Shown here piece by piece: positions 47,540-63,619 of a stretch of DNA of 64,000 bases. Where the stretch lies: the NCBI RefSeq assembly GCF_009914755.1, contig NC_060944.1. One strand, 5' to 3'. The position numbers and the translations under genes are program-made. Position 1 is the stretch's first letter. Each line of letters begins with the position of its first letter. Source of the DNA: the human T2T-CHM13v2.0 reference genome, Homo sapiens. A model generated the notes under the pieces. The model was given only the letters and a program-made list of their open reading frames with translations. It made no database searches and had not been told where the DNA came from.

Positions 47540-50340
47540 CAACACACACACTGCACACACCACACCATGTGCACACACACACACACACACACACCCCACA
47601 TACAGACACCATACAAACAGCACACACGTCATGTGCACACGTGAAGGGGTGGCCTGCCCTTCCACACTTGTGGGCTTTTCTCATCGGGTGGAACAAGAGA
47701 CTTGAGAAAAGAAAGAGACACAGAGACAAAGTATAGAGAAAGAAAAGTGGGCCCAGGGGAACGGCGCTCAGCATACCGAGGACTCACGCTGGCACCAGTC
47801 TCTCAGTTCCCTTAGTATTTATTGATCATTATCAGGCGTTTCTCGGAGAGGGGGATGTGGCAGAACAATAGGGTAATAGTGGAGAGAAAGTCAGCAGGAA
47901 AACATATGAACAAATGTCTCTGCATCATAAACAAGGTAAAGAAAAATGTGCTGTGCTTTTGATGTTCATATACATAAACATCTCAATGCCTTAAAGAGCA
48001 GTATTGATGCCAGCATGTCCCACCTCCAGCCCTAAGGCAGTTTTCCCCTGTCTCAGTAGATAGAATATACAATTGGGCTTTACATGGAGACATTCCATCG
48101 CCCAGGGACGGGCAGGAGACAGACGCCTTCCTCTTATCTCAACTGCAAAGAGGCCTTCCTCTTTTTAAATCCTCCCCAGCACAGACCCTTTATAGATGTC
48201 AGGCTGGGGGACAGTCAGGTCTTTCCCTTCCCACGAGGCCATATTTCAGACTGTCACATGGGGAGAAACCTTGGATAATACCTGGCTTTCCTAGGCAGAG
48301 GTCCCTGTGGCCTTCCGCAGTGTTTTGTGTCTCTGGGTACTTGAGAGTAGGGAGTGGTGATGACTCTTAACAAGCATGCTGCCTTCAAGCATTTGTTTAA
48401 CAAAGCACATCCTGCACAGCCCTTAATCCATTTAACCTTGACTTGACCCAGCACATGTCTCAGGGAGCACAGGGTTGGGGGTAGGGTTACAGATTAACAG
48501 CCTCTCAAGGCAGAAGAATTTTTCTTAGTACAGAACAAAATGGAGTGTCTTATGTCTACTTCTACATAGACACAGTAACAGTCTGATCTCTTTCTTTTCC
48601 CCACGCACACGCATACACACCCCACACACAGACACCACACACACTTCACACACACACGACACCACACACACTGCACACACACCATGTGCACACGCACACA
48701 CCCCCCCGCACTGCACACACCACACCGACTGCACACACCCCAGACACCACACACTGCACACACCCTCTGCACATGCACACACCAGGCACCACACACACTG
48801 CACACACACCATGTGCACATGCACACACCCCCCAGACACCACACTGCACACACACCATGTTCACATACACACACCACACACAGACACCACACACACTGCA
48901 TATAACCATCTGCACATGCACACACCCCAGACACCACACACACTGCACACACCACACCATGTGGATGCACACATACACCACACACACCACACCATGTGCA
49001 CAGGTACACACCCCATACAGACACCACACACAATGCACATACACACACCACACAGACACCACACCCACTGCACACACCACACCCACTGCACACACCACAC
49101 CATGTGCACACACACACACAACCCAGACACCATGCACACTGCACATACACCATGAGCACATGCACACACATCACACAGACACCACACACTGCACACACAC
49201 CATGTGCACACACACACCACACACACACCATGTGTACACAAACACACCCGACATCACACTGCACACACACACCATGTGCACACGCACACACCCCACAGAC
49301 ACCACACACAGCACACACCACACCATGTGCACACACACCCCACACAGACATCACACACTGCACACACACCCCACCACACTGCACATGCCACACCATGTGT
49401 ACCTGCACACACCACACACACACCACACACACCGTGTACACAAGCACACATGCCCCACACATACACCACACAGACACCACACACACTGCACACAGCACAC
49501 CATGCATACATGCACACACACCCACACACACCACACACACTGCACACACACCACGTGCACACACACACCACAGACACCACACATTGCACACACACTATGT
49601 GCACACGCACACACCCCCAGACACACACCACACACACTGCACACAGACCAGGTGCACACACGCACATGCCTGATACACCACACACACACCATGTGCACAC
49701 ACACCCCAGACACCACACTGCACACACACCACGTGCATATGCACACACATCCCACCACACAGTACACAGTGTGCACACACGCATACCCCCCACACACTGC
49801 ACACACTACACCACACACACGAATCTACTACACACACAACATACACATACAGCACCACACACAACCCATACTCCCCACACACATCAAACACACAGCCCAC
49901 ACATACTCCCCACACACTGCACACGTATATATAGCACCACACACGGAGCACACACATCACATACACACACCACACATACTGTGCACACACACGCACCACA
50001 CATTCTACACTCATCACACATCAAACACTACACAGTGCACACACACCCAGCACCATACACACACATCACATACACTACACACTGCATACACACATATCAC
50101 ACGCACACCACACCACACATAGTACCCACACACCACACACACATACACCATAAACACAGCACATATACACACCATGCGCCACCCACCCACTACACACAGT
50201 ATACACACATAACACCCACGATACACACCACACACACATATACATACCCCATGAACCTACTACACACACAGACCACATACACACACCATACATACACATC
50301 ACACGCATACACATGCGCACACCTCACATCATACATACAA
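47540..50340. repeat. CA-rich degenerate minisatellite, split by LTR5
   Basis: Recurring CAGACACCACACACACTGCACACAC..CCATGTGCACA motif. Confidence 0.93.
47642..48605 (-). mobile_element. HERV-K(HML-2) LTR5A/B-like solo LTR
   Basis: Minus strand reads CGTGGGGAAAAGAAAGAGATCAGACTGTTACTGTG...GGCAGGCCACCCCTTCA. A 6-bp TSD CACACG is at 47636-47641 and 48606-48611. Confidence 0.94.
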
Positions 50341-52474
50341 TCGTCACTTTTAGACATTAATTTAGCTTTTAAGGGGCCTGGATAGTAAAGTATTTTATTG
50401 GCGTTTGAATGAACCAAGAAAATGCATATAAATACACATGCGTAACTATAAGGGCAAAAGTAGTACTTTTGAAATCACAACATTAGATTAAACAATGTGA
50501 ATTTTTTATTGTTTTTAAAAAATCAAGTCTTTCTCATCTTACTAGAAACTATTTACCAGAGTAAATAAGCTTCTTACTGAGGTCAAAAGACTTTCTGGAA
50601 AAACTTCTCCTTGATGAAATTGCACTTAAAACATCACTTCCATCGTGAAGTATTTAAGATGTTCTTGGTCCTTTCCCTGTTATGTGGAATCGTCAATTCA
50701 AATTTTAAAAGTGACTTTGAGATGTTTTTCATCTATTATTTTAAAAATGTTGAAGGCGTTTTTAATTCTACCTTCAACAGAGATCGACATACCTCTGATT
50801 ATGATGTAAAACTGAACACGTTACTCTGACAGGCTTTCTTTTCTGCAGCGCAGCTACCATCATTATTAATAAGGATTGAATGCTTTTACTCCATGCACAA
50901 TCTGTATTCCCTGCTTTATAAAGAATAGAAATCTAATTCTCACTATGAAGACAGATAAAAGTAATCCCTTCAACCTATAGACGAATCATTTACCAAAGCA
51001 CTCAGACTTTAAATAGCATTTATCAAATATGTCTATATTTCTACGCAGATTCATAGAAAGAACATGTAGTTTAAATCATTGCACATTTTATGCTTTTAAT
51101 GAGTTGTAATCATCATTAGTATTTTTGTCACATTTCCCCAAAGGTAGGCTAATTACTATTATTATTTTCATCTAGAAATATAAAATGAATTTTCTATTTT
51201 TGAAGACATTGCAACATAATCCTTGGAATATAATATCTGTGTATAATATCTGTGGAAAGCATGAAAGTAATATTCAAACAGTATGCATTTTTTTCCAGAA
51301 TGAAAATTTCCTCTACAATAACATTCATCCTTTTTTCCTGATGGACACATAAAAGTCAACATTTCTAACATTGCTGGACATTATTTACATTAAGCTTGCC
51401 TCAGCTTCAGGTGTTGCAGAAACTGGAAAAGAGGTCACAAGGTACACAATACACACACACACACACACAAAACTTGTATTATTATACTTACCTAAGTGTC
51501 TAAAGAGGTGAATAAATATATTAGATTGCTCCAGAACAAGGATTTTTATGGGGCCTATTGGAAAGTATGGCTGCAGTTTGAGTGAGATGCCTGTAAGAGA
51601 TTCAATGTGGCCACTAATAGAGTGTCCAATTTTAAAAATACTGACAGAAGGCTCATGAGATAGAAATTTTCACCTAGATCTATTGGGAAATATGCTACTA
51701 GATTCTGTAGTAAAAAGACTGGTGCGGTAATTGCAAAACACATCTGATATCTAAACCTTTGTTTGTTTTTTACCTGAAATCTTTATGGGGGTGATTGTGT
51801 ATGTCAATTTGAATCTTCCCATCAAAAAGATAAATAAATACATAAATAAATAGCCAGCCTGCCTGGATAAATTAGTTCACCTTTTCTATATTTTGAGGGC
51901 AGTGCTTCTCCTTTGACAGCCACAAGATTCACCCGGAGATCCCTTAAAATGCAAAACCATAGACCACACATTGACTAGCTTGGATAAGGGGCCAGAGCAT
52001 TGAAATGAGTGTGTAGGTGACTGTGCTAAGATTCTCCTGCTCATTTGGGCACTGGCTCACCATATAAACAAAGTTTAGGACCTCTAGTCCTTGCTGGAAA
52101 AGAAATACACATACACATACATAGGATGTGACTGTGCATATGGAATATCTGTTGTGTTCTGGACATTGTGCTAGACAACAGAGATAAGAAGTCAAATAAT
52201 CCCTTGTCTCTATCTGAAAAGAGCTTCCTACACACTGGCTTCTGAGGTCTTTGAAACTAGATTCACTTTCAGATTTGATTATTATATTTATGATTTGATA
52301 TTTTCATTGAACCCCATGATATGATAAAGTTTGCTAGAACCTGCTGGAATAATTGACTTTGCTCTCAGCATTATGAAGCCCCTGGGGCACATAAGTAGTT
52401 CATTTATGTTTCTATTTAACCACACAGGAACAACTTAAGCTACTTTTCTAGCCACTTTCGTTTAGAGCTGTTAT

Positions 52475-52740
52475 TGTTTGTTTTTGAGACGGGTCTCACT
52501 CTGTCACCTAGGCTGGAATGCAGTGGCATGATCAGAACTCACTGTAGCCTCTACCTTCTGGGCTCAAGCCATCCTCTCACCTCAGCCTCCTGAAAAGCTG
52601 GGACCACAGGCTCATACCACCATACCCAGCTAATTAAAAATATATATATTTTTTGTAGAGACAGTTTTTCCATGTTTTCTAGACTTGTCTCCAACTCTTG
52701 AACTTAAGCAATCTGCCTGCCTCAGCCTCCTAAAGTGTAG
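52475..52740 (-). mobile_element. Alu (AluJ-like)
   Basis: TTTTTGAGACGGGTCTCACTCTGTCACC and GGCTCAAGCCATCCTC. Confidence 0.9.
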
Positions 52741-53140
52741 AGCTGTGTTTTCAGTTTTTTTGAGCGGTTTTACAATCCAGTTTTGAATTGGTAAGTTTGG
52801 ATTCATTCTGACATTTACAGATTTAACATCCTACTTCACAAGATGCTCATAGCCTTAATCCATTACAGCTGCTGCCTCATCCATCTCTGCTCATAGCCTT
52901 GATCCATTACAGTAGCCACCTCGTCCATCTCTACTCATAGCCTAAACTAATAGAAGCCAGAGGGAAGAAATGGAAGCCAATGTGAGTCCAGAACACACAT
53001 TTTATAAGAGTATAGGAAATTTAAAAATAGCAAAGTATATCATGAAGTTTGTAATAGATGTGCATGGCTAAAATTTATTCTTAATCAATATATTCTATAA
53101 ATTGGGAGAAAATATTAAACACATAAAAAGTAAGGAACTT

Positions 53141-53499
<359 letters not shown>

Positions 53500-54050
53500 T
53501 TATCTTTGCAAGATTTAGGAACATTTAGTGGAAAGAGGAAGAATTTATAATCATGGGGAGCGTGTATGTATGATACTGGAGGGAGCCTTCTGACAAAGGG
53601 GAAATGGCATTACGAGATATGCTATGGTCATAGCTATGTGGGAGCGCAGCTAGCTATGGTCTCCCCCGTAAAACCCACTGGGCAGTGTTAAGTTACCAAC
53701 ATTGAGATAGAGCTCACCCACCCAGGGCAGAAGAGAAAATATACACTGCAGTCAGAAGCCACTGTGTAGGAAGCTCCTTTCAGAAAGAGGCAAGGGATAT
53801 TTGACTTTTTATCTCTAGTGTCTAGTACAATGTCGAGAACACAACAGACATTCCATATGCACAGTCACATCCTATGTATCTGTATTTCTTTTCCAGCAGG
53901 GACTGGAGGTCCTAAGCTTTGTTAATATGGTGAGCCAGTGCCCACACGAACAGTAGGATCTTAACACTGTCACCTGGACATCCATTTAAATGCTCTTGTC
54001 TTAGCTAGTCAAAGTGTGGTCTACGAGTTTGCATTTTAATAAGATTCCAG

Positions 54051-54430
54051 GGTGAATCTTGTACATGTTACAGGGAAGCACTGTCCTACATCATATGTGA
54101 CAGGCTCTCATAGTCACCATCATCACGGGAATCTTGTGCATGTTACAGGGAAGCACTGTCCTACATCGTATCAGACAGGCACTCATAGTCACAATCATCA
54201 GGGGAATGTTGCACATGTTACAGGGAAGCACTGTCTTACATCATATGTGACAGGGCTCTCATAATCACTATCATCACGGGAATCTTGTGCATGTTCCAGG
54301 AAAGAACTGTCCTGCATCGTATCTGACAGGGTCTCATAGTCACCATCATCACGGGAATCTTGCACACGTTACAGGGAAGCACTGTCCTACATCATGTGAC
54401 AGGCTCTCATAGTCACGATCACTATGGGAA
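54051..54430. repeat. 75-bp minisatellite x5
   Basis: GGAATCTTGTGCATGTTACAGGGAAGCACTGTCCTACATC..GACAGGCTCTCATAGTCACCATCATCACG. Confidence 0.93.
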
Positions 54431-55899
54431 GATGCATTTAGAGCATTTAACTATATGGGCTCTGAAATCAGATGACTTAGGTTTAGACATACTTCTACTT
54501 CTTACTAAGCAGAGAACTCTGGGGTGAAAAGTTTACGAGACCCAGTTTTATCATGTCCAAATTGGAGGCATGGGGAAATTATAGCATTTTGCATAGAATA
54601 TTGTTTTAAGTATAAAATGAAATAGTACATAGTAAGCTTCTGCCATACACTTGACTGCTCAATAAATATTAGTTAATAGTAACTCATTTAATCCTAAGGT
54701 CTATAAATTTGTACAAAATAATTTTGTATGACTACCCAAATTTTCATAATTAGTCTAGATTTAAAATCAAGGAATGTTCTTACGTGTAGTTGGCAATCAA
54801 TATGACATGCCAAAATTATATGTAAGTATTTTATTGTTGGTGGGGATATAAGAAATTTACCATCAAAAGAGAGACGATAATCTATGTTTGCAGATTCCAG
54901 AAAGCTGTCTCTCACATAAGAATTTGCAATTTCTGGGGGAAAAGAAAAAGTTGATTGTGCAAATAAAGATTACCATGGAGTCTTCTCTATGGCAACATCA
55001 AAAATGAAAGCTGATTCTCATCTTCCTAACAATCTGCAAAGACGAGTGAAACACAACCTACTGAGCAACAAGTTAAAGAAGGAGAGAATTTGAGTGGCAC
55101 AGAAGGAAATCATGTCACCGCTAGCGAAATCAATATGACCAGTGCTCCTCTGCCCTCCTCCGAGGCTAAGGATGGGTTAAATATCAGTGGCTGACCTCAG
55201 GTAATGGAATGAGAAAAAAGCTATAAAAATGCATGCATTACATAATTAAGAGGGTGGGAAGGGATTTTTTTAAAAAGGCAATTCCTACATGGGTTCCTTC
55301 CTGTTCACCCCATTGGCGAAGAAGCTAGTCTTGCCCTAGAATTCTGGGAATGGCTGCAGACAAAACTAACACTGAGCAGACGAAATTCCCAGTAATTTAC
55401 TCGTCACACATACTCAGCCCAGCGGGGGATGACACTGTATTTATGCAGGTCTACCCAGGGTAGCACTCTGGAACTGAGGGTGTGGGAGGCAGGCTTGGTA
55501 GAAATCAGAGGGTGGGGTAACCCCTGGTCCCTTCAGTGATGTGCTTGACTAATTCAGAGTTTTGCAGTCTGGTGGGGGCATGAAAGTCATTAGGCTGAGG
55601 ACATGGTGGGGTGCTGCATGAAATTTTAGGTGTCACAATACAATTGACCCCTGATTCTTTAATATCAGACATTTATTTTCATGATGACTAATATTTTGAG
55701 AGGCTGAAAGCTGCTGAGACATTATAATAAGTGCTTAGGGACATGAGAGATTAGGAAGGCCACAGTTATGAGTAATGTAATGTGGAAGCCAATGCAAAGC
55801 TACGACCCCCATTTATTTAGCAGGAGGCAGGGAAAGTGATCTGGGGTCTCTGGCAGCACAAGCATGTTCGTAAATATTTGGGTGATGTCATGCATTCCC

Positions 55900-58110
<2,211 letters not shown>

Positions 58111-58117
58111 ATCAGTT

Positions 58118-58552
58118 GCATGAATATATATAGGTTTATTGTAAGGAATTGGCTCATGTGGTTATGGAGGCTAAGAAGTCCCAGGACCTGCAGTCAGCAA
58201 GCTGGAGAACCAGGACTGCCAATGGTGGAGTTCCAGTCCAAGCCTAAATTCCTGAGAACCAGGAAAGCTGATGGCATAAGTTACAGTCCACGTCTGACTT
58301 CAAAAGCGAGAGAAGATCTACGTCTCAGCTCTGAAATCATCAAAGAGGGTGAATTATCTCTTCCTCTACCCTTGTGTTTTATTTGGGTTTTAATGGATTG
58401 GATGAGGCCCACTCACACTGGAGAGGGCAACTACTTTACTAAGTCTACATATTCAAATGTTTGTCTCATCAAGGAACACCCTCACAGACACATACAGAGT
58501 GTTTAACCAAATATCTAGACAACCCAACTTGGCAAATAAAATTAACCATCAT
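58118..58552 (-). mobile_element. MLT2-type ERVL LTR
   Basis: AAGGAATTGGCTCATG..GGAGGCT.AGAAGTCCCA...AAATTAACCATCA, the reverse of the MLT2 start TGATGGTTAATTTT. Confidence 0.75.
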
Positions 58553-58559
58553 AAGGTGA

Positions 58560-61145
58560 AAGATGTATACGATCTGAAGAGAAACCAGGGATGCAGGATG
58601 GTTAAACATCTGTAAGTCAATAAATGTGATACACCACATAAACAGAATTAAAAACAAAAATCACATGATCATCTCAATACATGCAGAAAAAGGATTTGAC
58701 AAAATCCAGCATCCCTTTTTGCCTAAAACCCTCAGCAAAATCGACATAGAAAAAGCATATGACAAAATCCAGAATCCCTTTATGATTAAAACCCTCAGCA
58801 AAATTAACATCGAAGGGACATACCTTAAGGTAATAAAAGCCATGTATGACAAACACACAGACAACATTATATGGAATGGGGAAAAGTTGAAAGCATTCCC
58901 CCTGAGAACTGGAACAAGACAATGATGCCAACTTTCACCACTTCTATTCAACACAGTACTAGAAATCCTCACCAGAGCAATCAGATAAGAGAAATAAAGG
59001 GCATCCAAATCGGTAAAGAGGAAGTCGAACTGTCACTCTTTGCTGATGACATGATCGTATACCTAGAAAACCCTAAAGACTCATCCCAAAAGCTACTAGG
59101 ACTGGTAAATGAATTCAGCAAAGTTTCAGGATACAAAATTAATGTACACAAGTCAGTGGCTGTGCTATACAGTAATAGTTAACAAGCTGAGAATTAAATA
59201 AAAAACTCACCCCCTTTTACAATAGCTGCAATAAAAATCTTAGGAATATTATAATTCCTATAGTTACAATAGTATATTCCCATAATTGTCAATTGCATGC
59301 AATCTTTGCAGACAAAATCTTAATTATATCCGGAATACTTAACCAAAGAGAAAAAAGACCTCTACAAGGAAAACTACAAAACACTGCTGATAGAAATCAT
59401 AGGTACAAACAAATGGAAACATATCCCATGCTCACGGATGGGTAAAATCAATATTGTGAAAATACCATACTGCCAAAAGCAATCTACAAACTCAATGCAA
59501 TCCCCATTAAAGTGCTAACATCAGTCTTCACAGAACTACAAAAATTCACATGGAACTAAAAAAGACATAGAAGGGACATACCTTAAGGTAATAAAAGCCT
59601 AGAACCAAAAAAGAGTCTGTATAGCCAAAGCAAGACTAAGCAAAAAGAACAAATCTAGAAGCCGACTTCAAACTATACTAGAAGGCCATAGTCACCAAAA
59701 CAGCATGGCACTGGTATAAAAATAGCCATATAGATCAATGGAACATAATAGAGAACACAGAAATAAAGCCAAATACTTACAGTCATCTAATCTTCAACAA
59801 AACAAACAAAAACATAAAGCAGAGAAAGAATACCCTATTCAACAAATGGTGCTGAGATAAATGGCAAGCCACACATAGAAGAATGAAAGTGGATGCTCAT
59901 TTCTCACCCTATTCAAAAATCAACTCAAGATGGATCAAGGACTTAAATCTAATACCTGAAACCATAAAAATTCTAGAAGACGACATTGGAAAAACCCTTC
60001 TAGACATTGGCTTAGGCAAAGACTTCATGATCAATAACCCAAAAAGCAAATGCAACTAAAACAAAGATAAATAGATGAGACTTAATTAAACTAAAAGGCT
60101 CCTGAGCAGTAAGAGAAATAATCAGCAGAGTAAACAGATAACCTACAGAGTGGGAGAAAATCTTCGCAATCTGTACTTCTGATTAAAGGACTAATACCCA
60201 GAATCTGCAAGGAACTCAAACAAACCAGCAAGAAAAACATCCCATCAAAAAGTGGGCTAAGGACATGAACAGACAATTCTCAAAAGAAGATAAGCAACTG
60301 GCCAACAAACACATGAAAAAATGTTCAACATAACTAATTATCTGGGAAATGCAAATCAAAACCACAATACAATATGATACCCCTTCACTCCTGCAAGAAT
60401 GGTCATAATCAAAAAATCAAAAATTAATAGATGTTGGCATGGATGTGGTAAAAAGGGAACACTTTTACACTTTTTGGAGGGAATGTAAGCTAGTACAACA
60501 GCTATGGAAAACAGTGAGGAAATTTCCAAAGAACTAAAAGCAGATCTATCATTTGATCCAGTAATTCCACTCCTGGGTATCTACTCAGAGGAAAATGTCA
60601 TTATATGAAAAAGATACTTGCACACGCATGTTTATAGCAGCACAATATGCAATTGGAAGAATTTGAAACCAGCCTAAATGCACATCAATCAGTAAGTGGA
60701 TAAAGAAAATGTGGTATAAATATTTACCACATGGAATACTACTCATTCTTAAGATGGAATGAAATAATGCATTCACAGCAACCCAGATGAAACTGGACAC
60801 CATTATTCCAAGTGAAGCAACTTAGGAATGGAAAACCAAACATTGTATGTTCTCATTCATAAGTGAGAGCTAAGCTGTGAGGATGCACAGGTGTAAGAAT
60901 GATACAATGGTCTTCGGGGACTCGGGGAAAGGCTGGGAGTGGTGGGGTGGGTGCGGTGAGGGATAAAACAGTACATATTGGGTACAATGTACAGTGCTTG
61001 GGTGATGGGTGCACCACAAATCTCAGAAATCGCCACTAAAGAACTTATTCCTGTAAGCAAACACCACCTGTTTCCCAAAAACCTATTGAAATTAAAAAAA
61101 AAAAACATCATATTCCCCAAAAACCTATTGAAATAAAAAAAATTA
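58560..61145 (+). mobile_element. 5'-truncated LINE-1 (L1PB/L1MA1-2-like)
   Basis: [16 protein letters not shown] and [18 protein letters not shown]. The 3' end CCAAAAACCTATTGAAAT-polyA is duplicated. Confidence 0.92.
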
Positions 61146-61398
61146 ACCAAAATATTAGGTATTGGGTACAAGGGCCTTAATGAATGGGAGCACTGCAGTC
61201 ACATTACAGCAATCCACTGTGAAACACCATTTATTCTTTGCAGGTTTAAGAACAGGCCAAATTCTACTGCTAAACGTTGAAGCAATGAAGATTATCACCC
61301 CTTCCCTAATTCATTTGGTTTTATATAATAAGTTTTATTTATTTGAAGTCGTGTTGTAATTTATGTTGAACCATATTTGCTAATTTATCAAGATGGGG

Positions 61399-61725
61399 AG
61401 GCTAGGCACGGTGACTCACACCTGTAATCCCAGCACTTTGGGAGGCCGAGGCAGGAGGATTGCTTGAGGCCAGAAGTTAGAGACCAGCCTAGGCAACATA
61501 GCAAGACTCCACTTCTATAAATTTTTTTAATTGGCTGTGTTGGTGCATGCCTGTAAACCCAGCTACTTGGAAGGTTAAAATGGGAGGATTGCTTGAGCCC
61601 AGGAGTTCAAGGCAGCAGTGAACTACGATTGTGCCACCACACTTCATTCAGCCTGGGTAATGAAGGAAGACCCCATCTCTAAAAAATGAAAAATTAAAAA
61701 TAAATCAAATTAAAAAAAAAAAAAA
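61399..61725 (+). mobile_element. Alu (AluJ-like)
   Basis: GGAGGATTGCTTGAGCCCAGGAGTTCAAGG. Confidence 0.92.
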
Positions 61726-62193
61726 CAGGAGAGGGAGTTCTGTAAGGTTACATTTGGTGAAGTCAATGTGTAAGTGTAAATGATTTAATATCAATTTGTT
61801 ACTCATTAGGTCAGAGCATCCAGGTCCCCTATGGACAAAGACTTCTATGACTACGGGAAATTTAGTCAAGGTAACAAATGTGAGGCATAAGTATGTGCCC
61901 TCTATTCTATATGCAGTTACTCTGCTAGGATTAGGGGATGCAATGTTTAAATTTAGTGAAATCTCAGGTATAACAAAGTTTGAGCTCCAGTATCGATTTA
62001 GTTTGTGAAGGTATGCCAATTGGTAGATTTCAGCAGATGTTAAAATTGATTCAGAATATATGCTGGAGAGTTACAAATACCAATCAGCACCCTTTTATCT
62101 TTGGACTGTAAAAATTGTTGTAGAAAATAGTACATTTCCAATTAGGTCAGATGATAGACTTCCGTATTAAATTTTGTTTTTGTGCATATCCAA

Positions 62194-62752
62194 GTTCCTT
62201 CCCTTCCTTCCTTCCTTCCTTCCATCTTTCCTTCCTTCCCTCTTTCCTTCCCTCTTTCCTTCCTTCCCTCCTTCCTGCCTTCCTTCCTTCCATCTTTCCA
62301 TCCTTCCCTCTTTCCTTCCTTCCCTTCTTCCTTCCCTCCTTCCTGCCTTCCCTCCTTCCCTTTCCTTCCTTTTCTTCCTTCCCTCTCTCCTTCCTTCCCT
62401 CTCTCCTTCCTTCCTTCCCTCCCTCCCTCCTTCCCTCTCTGCTTTCCTTCCTTCCTGCCCTCCTTCCCTCTCTCCTTCCTTCTTTCATTCCTTCCTTCCC
62501 TCTCTCCTTCCTTCCGTCCCTCCCTCCCTCCCTCCCTACTTCCTTCCTTCCTTCCGTCCCTACCTCCCTCCCTCCCTACTTCCTTCCTTCCCTCTCTCTT
62601 TCCTTCCCTTTCTTCCCTCTCTCCTTCCTTCCTTCTCTCCTTCCTTCCCTCCTTCCTTCCTTCCCTCTCTCCTTCCTTCCCTCCTTTCTTCCCTCTCTCC
62701 TTCCTTCCTTCTCTCCTTCCTTCCCTCCTTCCTTCCTTCCTTCCCTCTCCCT
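62194..62752. repeat. (CCTT)n/(CCCT)n polypyrimidine tract, ~560 bp
   Basis: Almost purely pyrimidine on the + strand. Confidence 0.97.
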
Positions 62753-63619
62753 CATTTTTTTGCCACTGGATATGGGGAAGGTTGTTCTCTTTCCCACTCA
62801 TATTTATAATTTCTTTCTTTGAAACAGCCCCAAATCAGTATCTTCAGAGTTGAAGTCCTCCTTATGAGCAGATTGTGTGGTTTAAGAACCCTAGACTTAA
62901 GTCAAGTTTGGATTTCTCCCTTCTCTGTGACTCAGGGGTACTGCAGGTGTCTTTTCCTATAACCCTGGGAATTAGATCTTTGTTGCAGCAGAACCATAAG
63001 TCACAGAGCGATGCAGCACAACCAGCCCACAATTCAGGGTTCGGTGGACTGAAATCATCTTCTGCTACGGCTCCATCTGGTTCTTCCAGGACTTCCCTCC
63101 CCCATTTTTATTCCTTTTAGGGTGTTGAAACTTTAGTGGTATATACATTGCCTCATAATCAGTCAAAACTCCCCTTATCCCACATCATGGATTAAAGAGA
63201 ACATTGCCAGGAGCCCTTCACTCTTCTAGAAGGACTTTATTTGATAGGTCCTTTTTCCATGGTTTAGAATAAAAGAGGTAATAACTAGAAATATCTCCCT
63301 CATAATAGGCTCTACAGCAAATTCTACTTTAAAGACTGTTGTTCGTGTCTTTAACTGTGGCTGCCCTTAATGTTTTTGTCATCCACAGACAATTTTTGTC
63401 TCATTTTGGTCCTCTTTAAATGATGGTTTTATAATCAGCTATAAAATTTAACAGATGCCCTTAAATGCAGGATTCTGATTAATAACGCTGGATATTGTGA
63501 CATTAGAATAGAGGGAAAACTTTCAAATAGAAGAGTGAATGGTGTTTGGGCTACTTTGGACTGTATTTTTATAAATATGTTATTAGTATGTGTTCCAAAA
63601 TTATTGGAAATTTCTATAG

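Noticed and set aside
48494-50417. His/Thr-rich and Cys/Val-rich ORFs up to 478 aa
   Set aside because: Translation artefacts of the CA/TG array; not metallothionein-like or zinc-finger genes.
54051-54430. CRISPR-like repeat-spacer array (also considered for 44808-45030)
   Set aside because: Whole units repeat with no unique spacers, there are no cas genes, and the context is primate.
55380-55637. Probable old ERVL-type LTR on the minus strand (MER54-like)
   Set aside because: Family and boundaries could not be supported without a Dfam search, so it is not listed as a feature.
62142-62853. ORFs of ~220 aa (PSFL and GRKE repeats)
   Set aside because: Translation of (CCTT)n.
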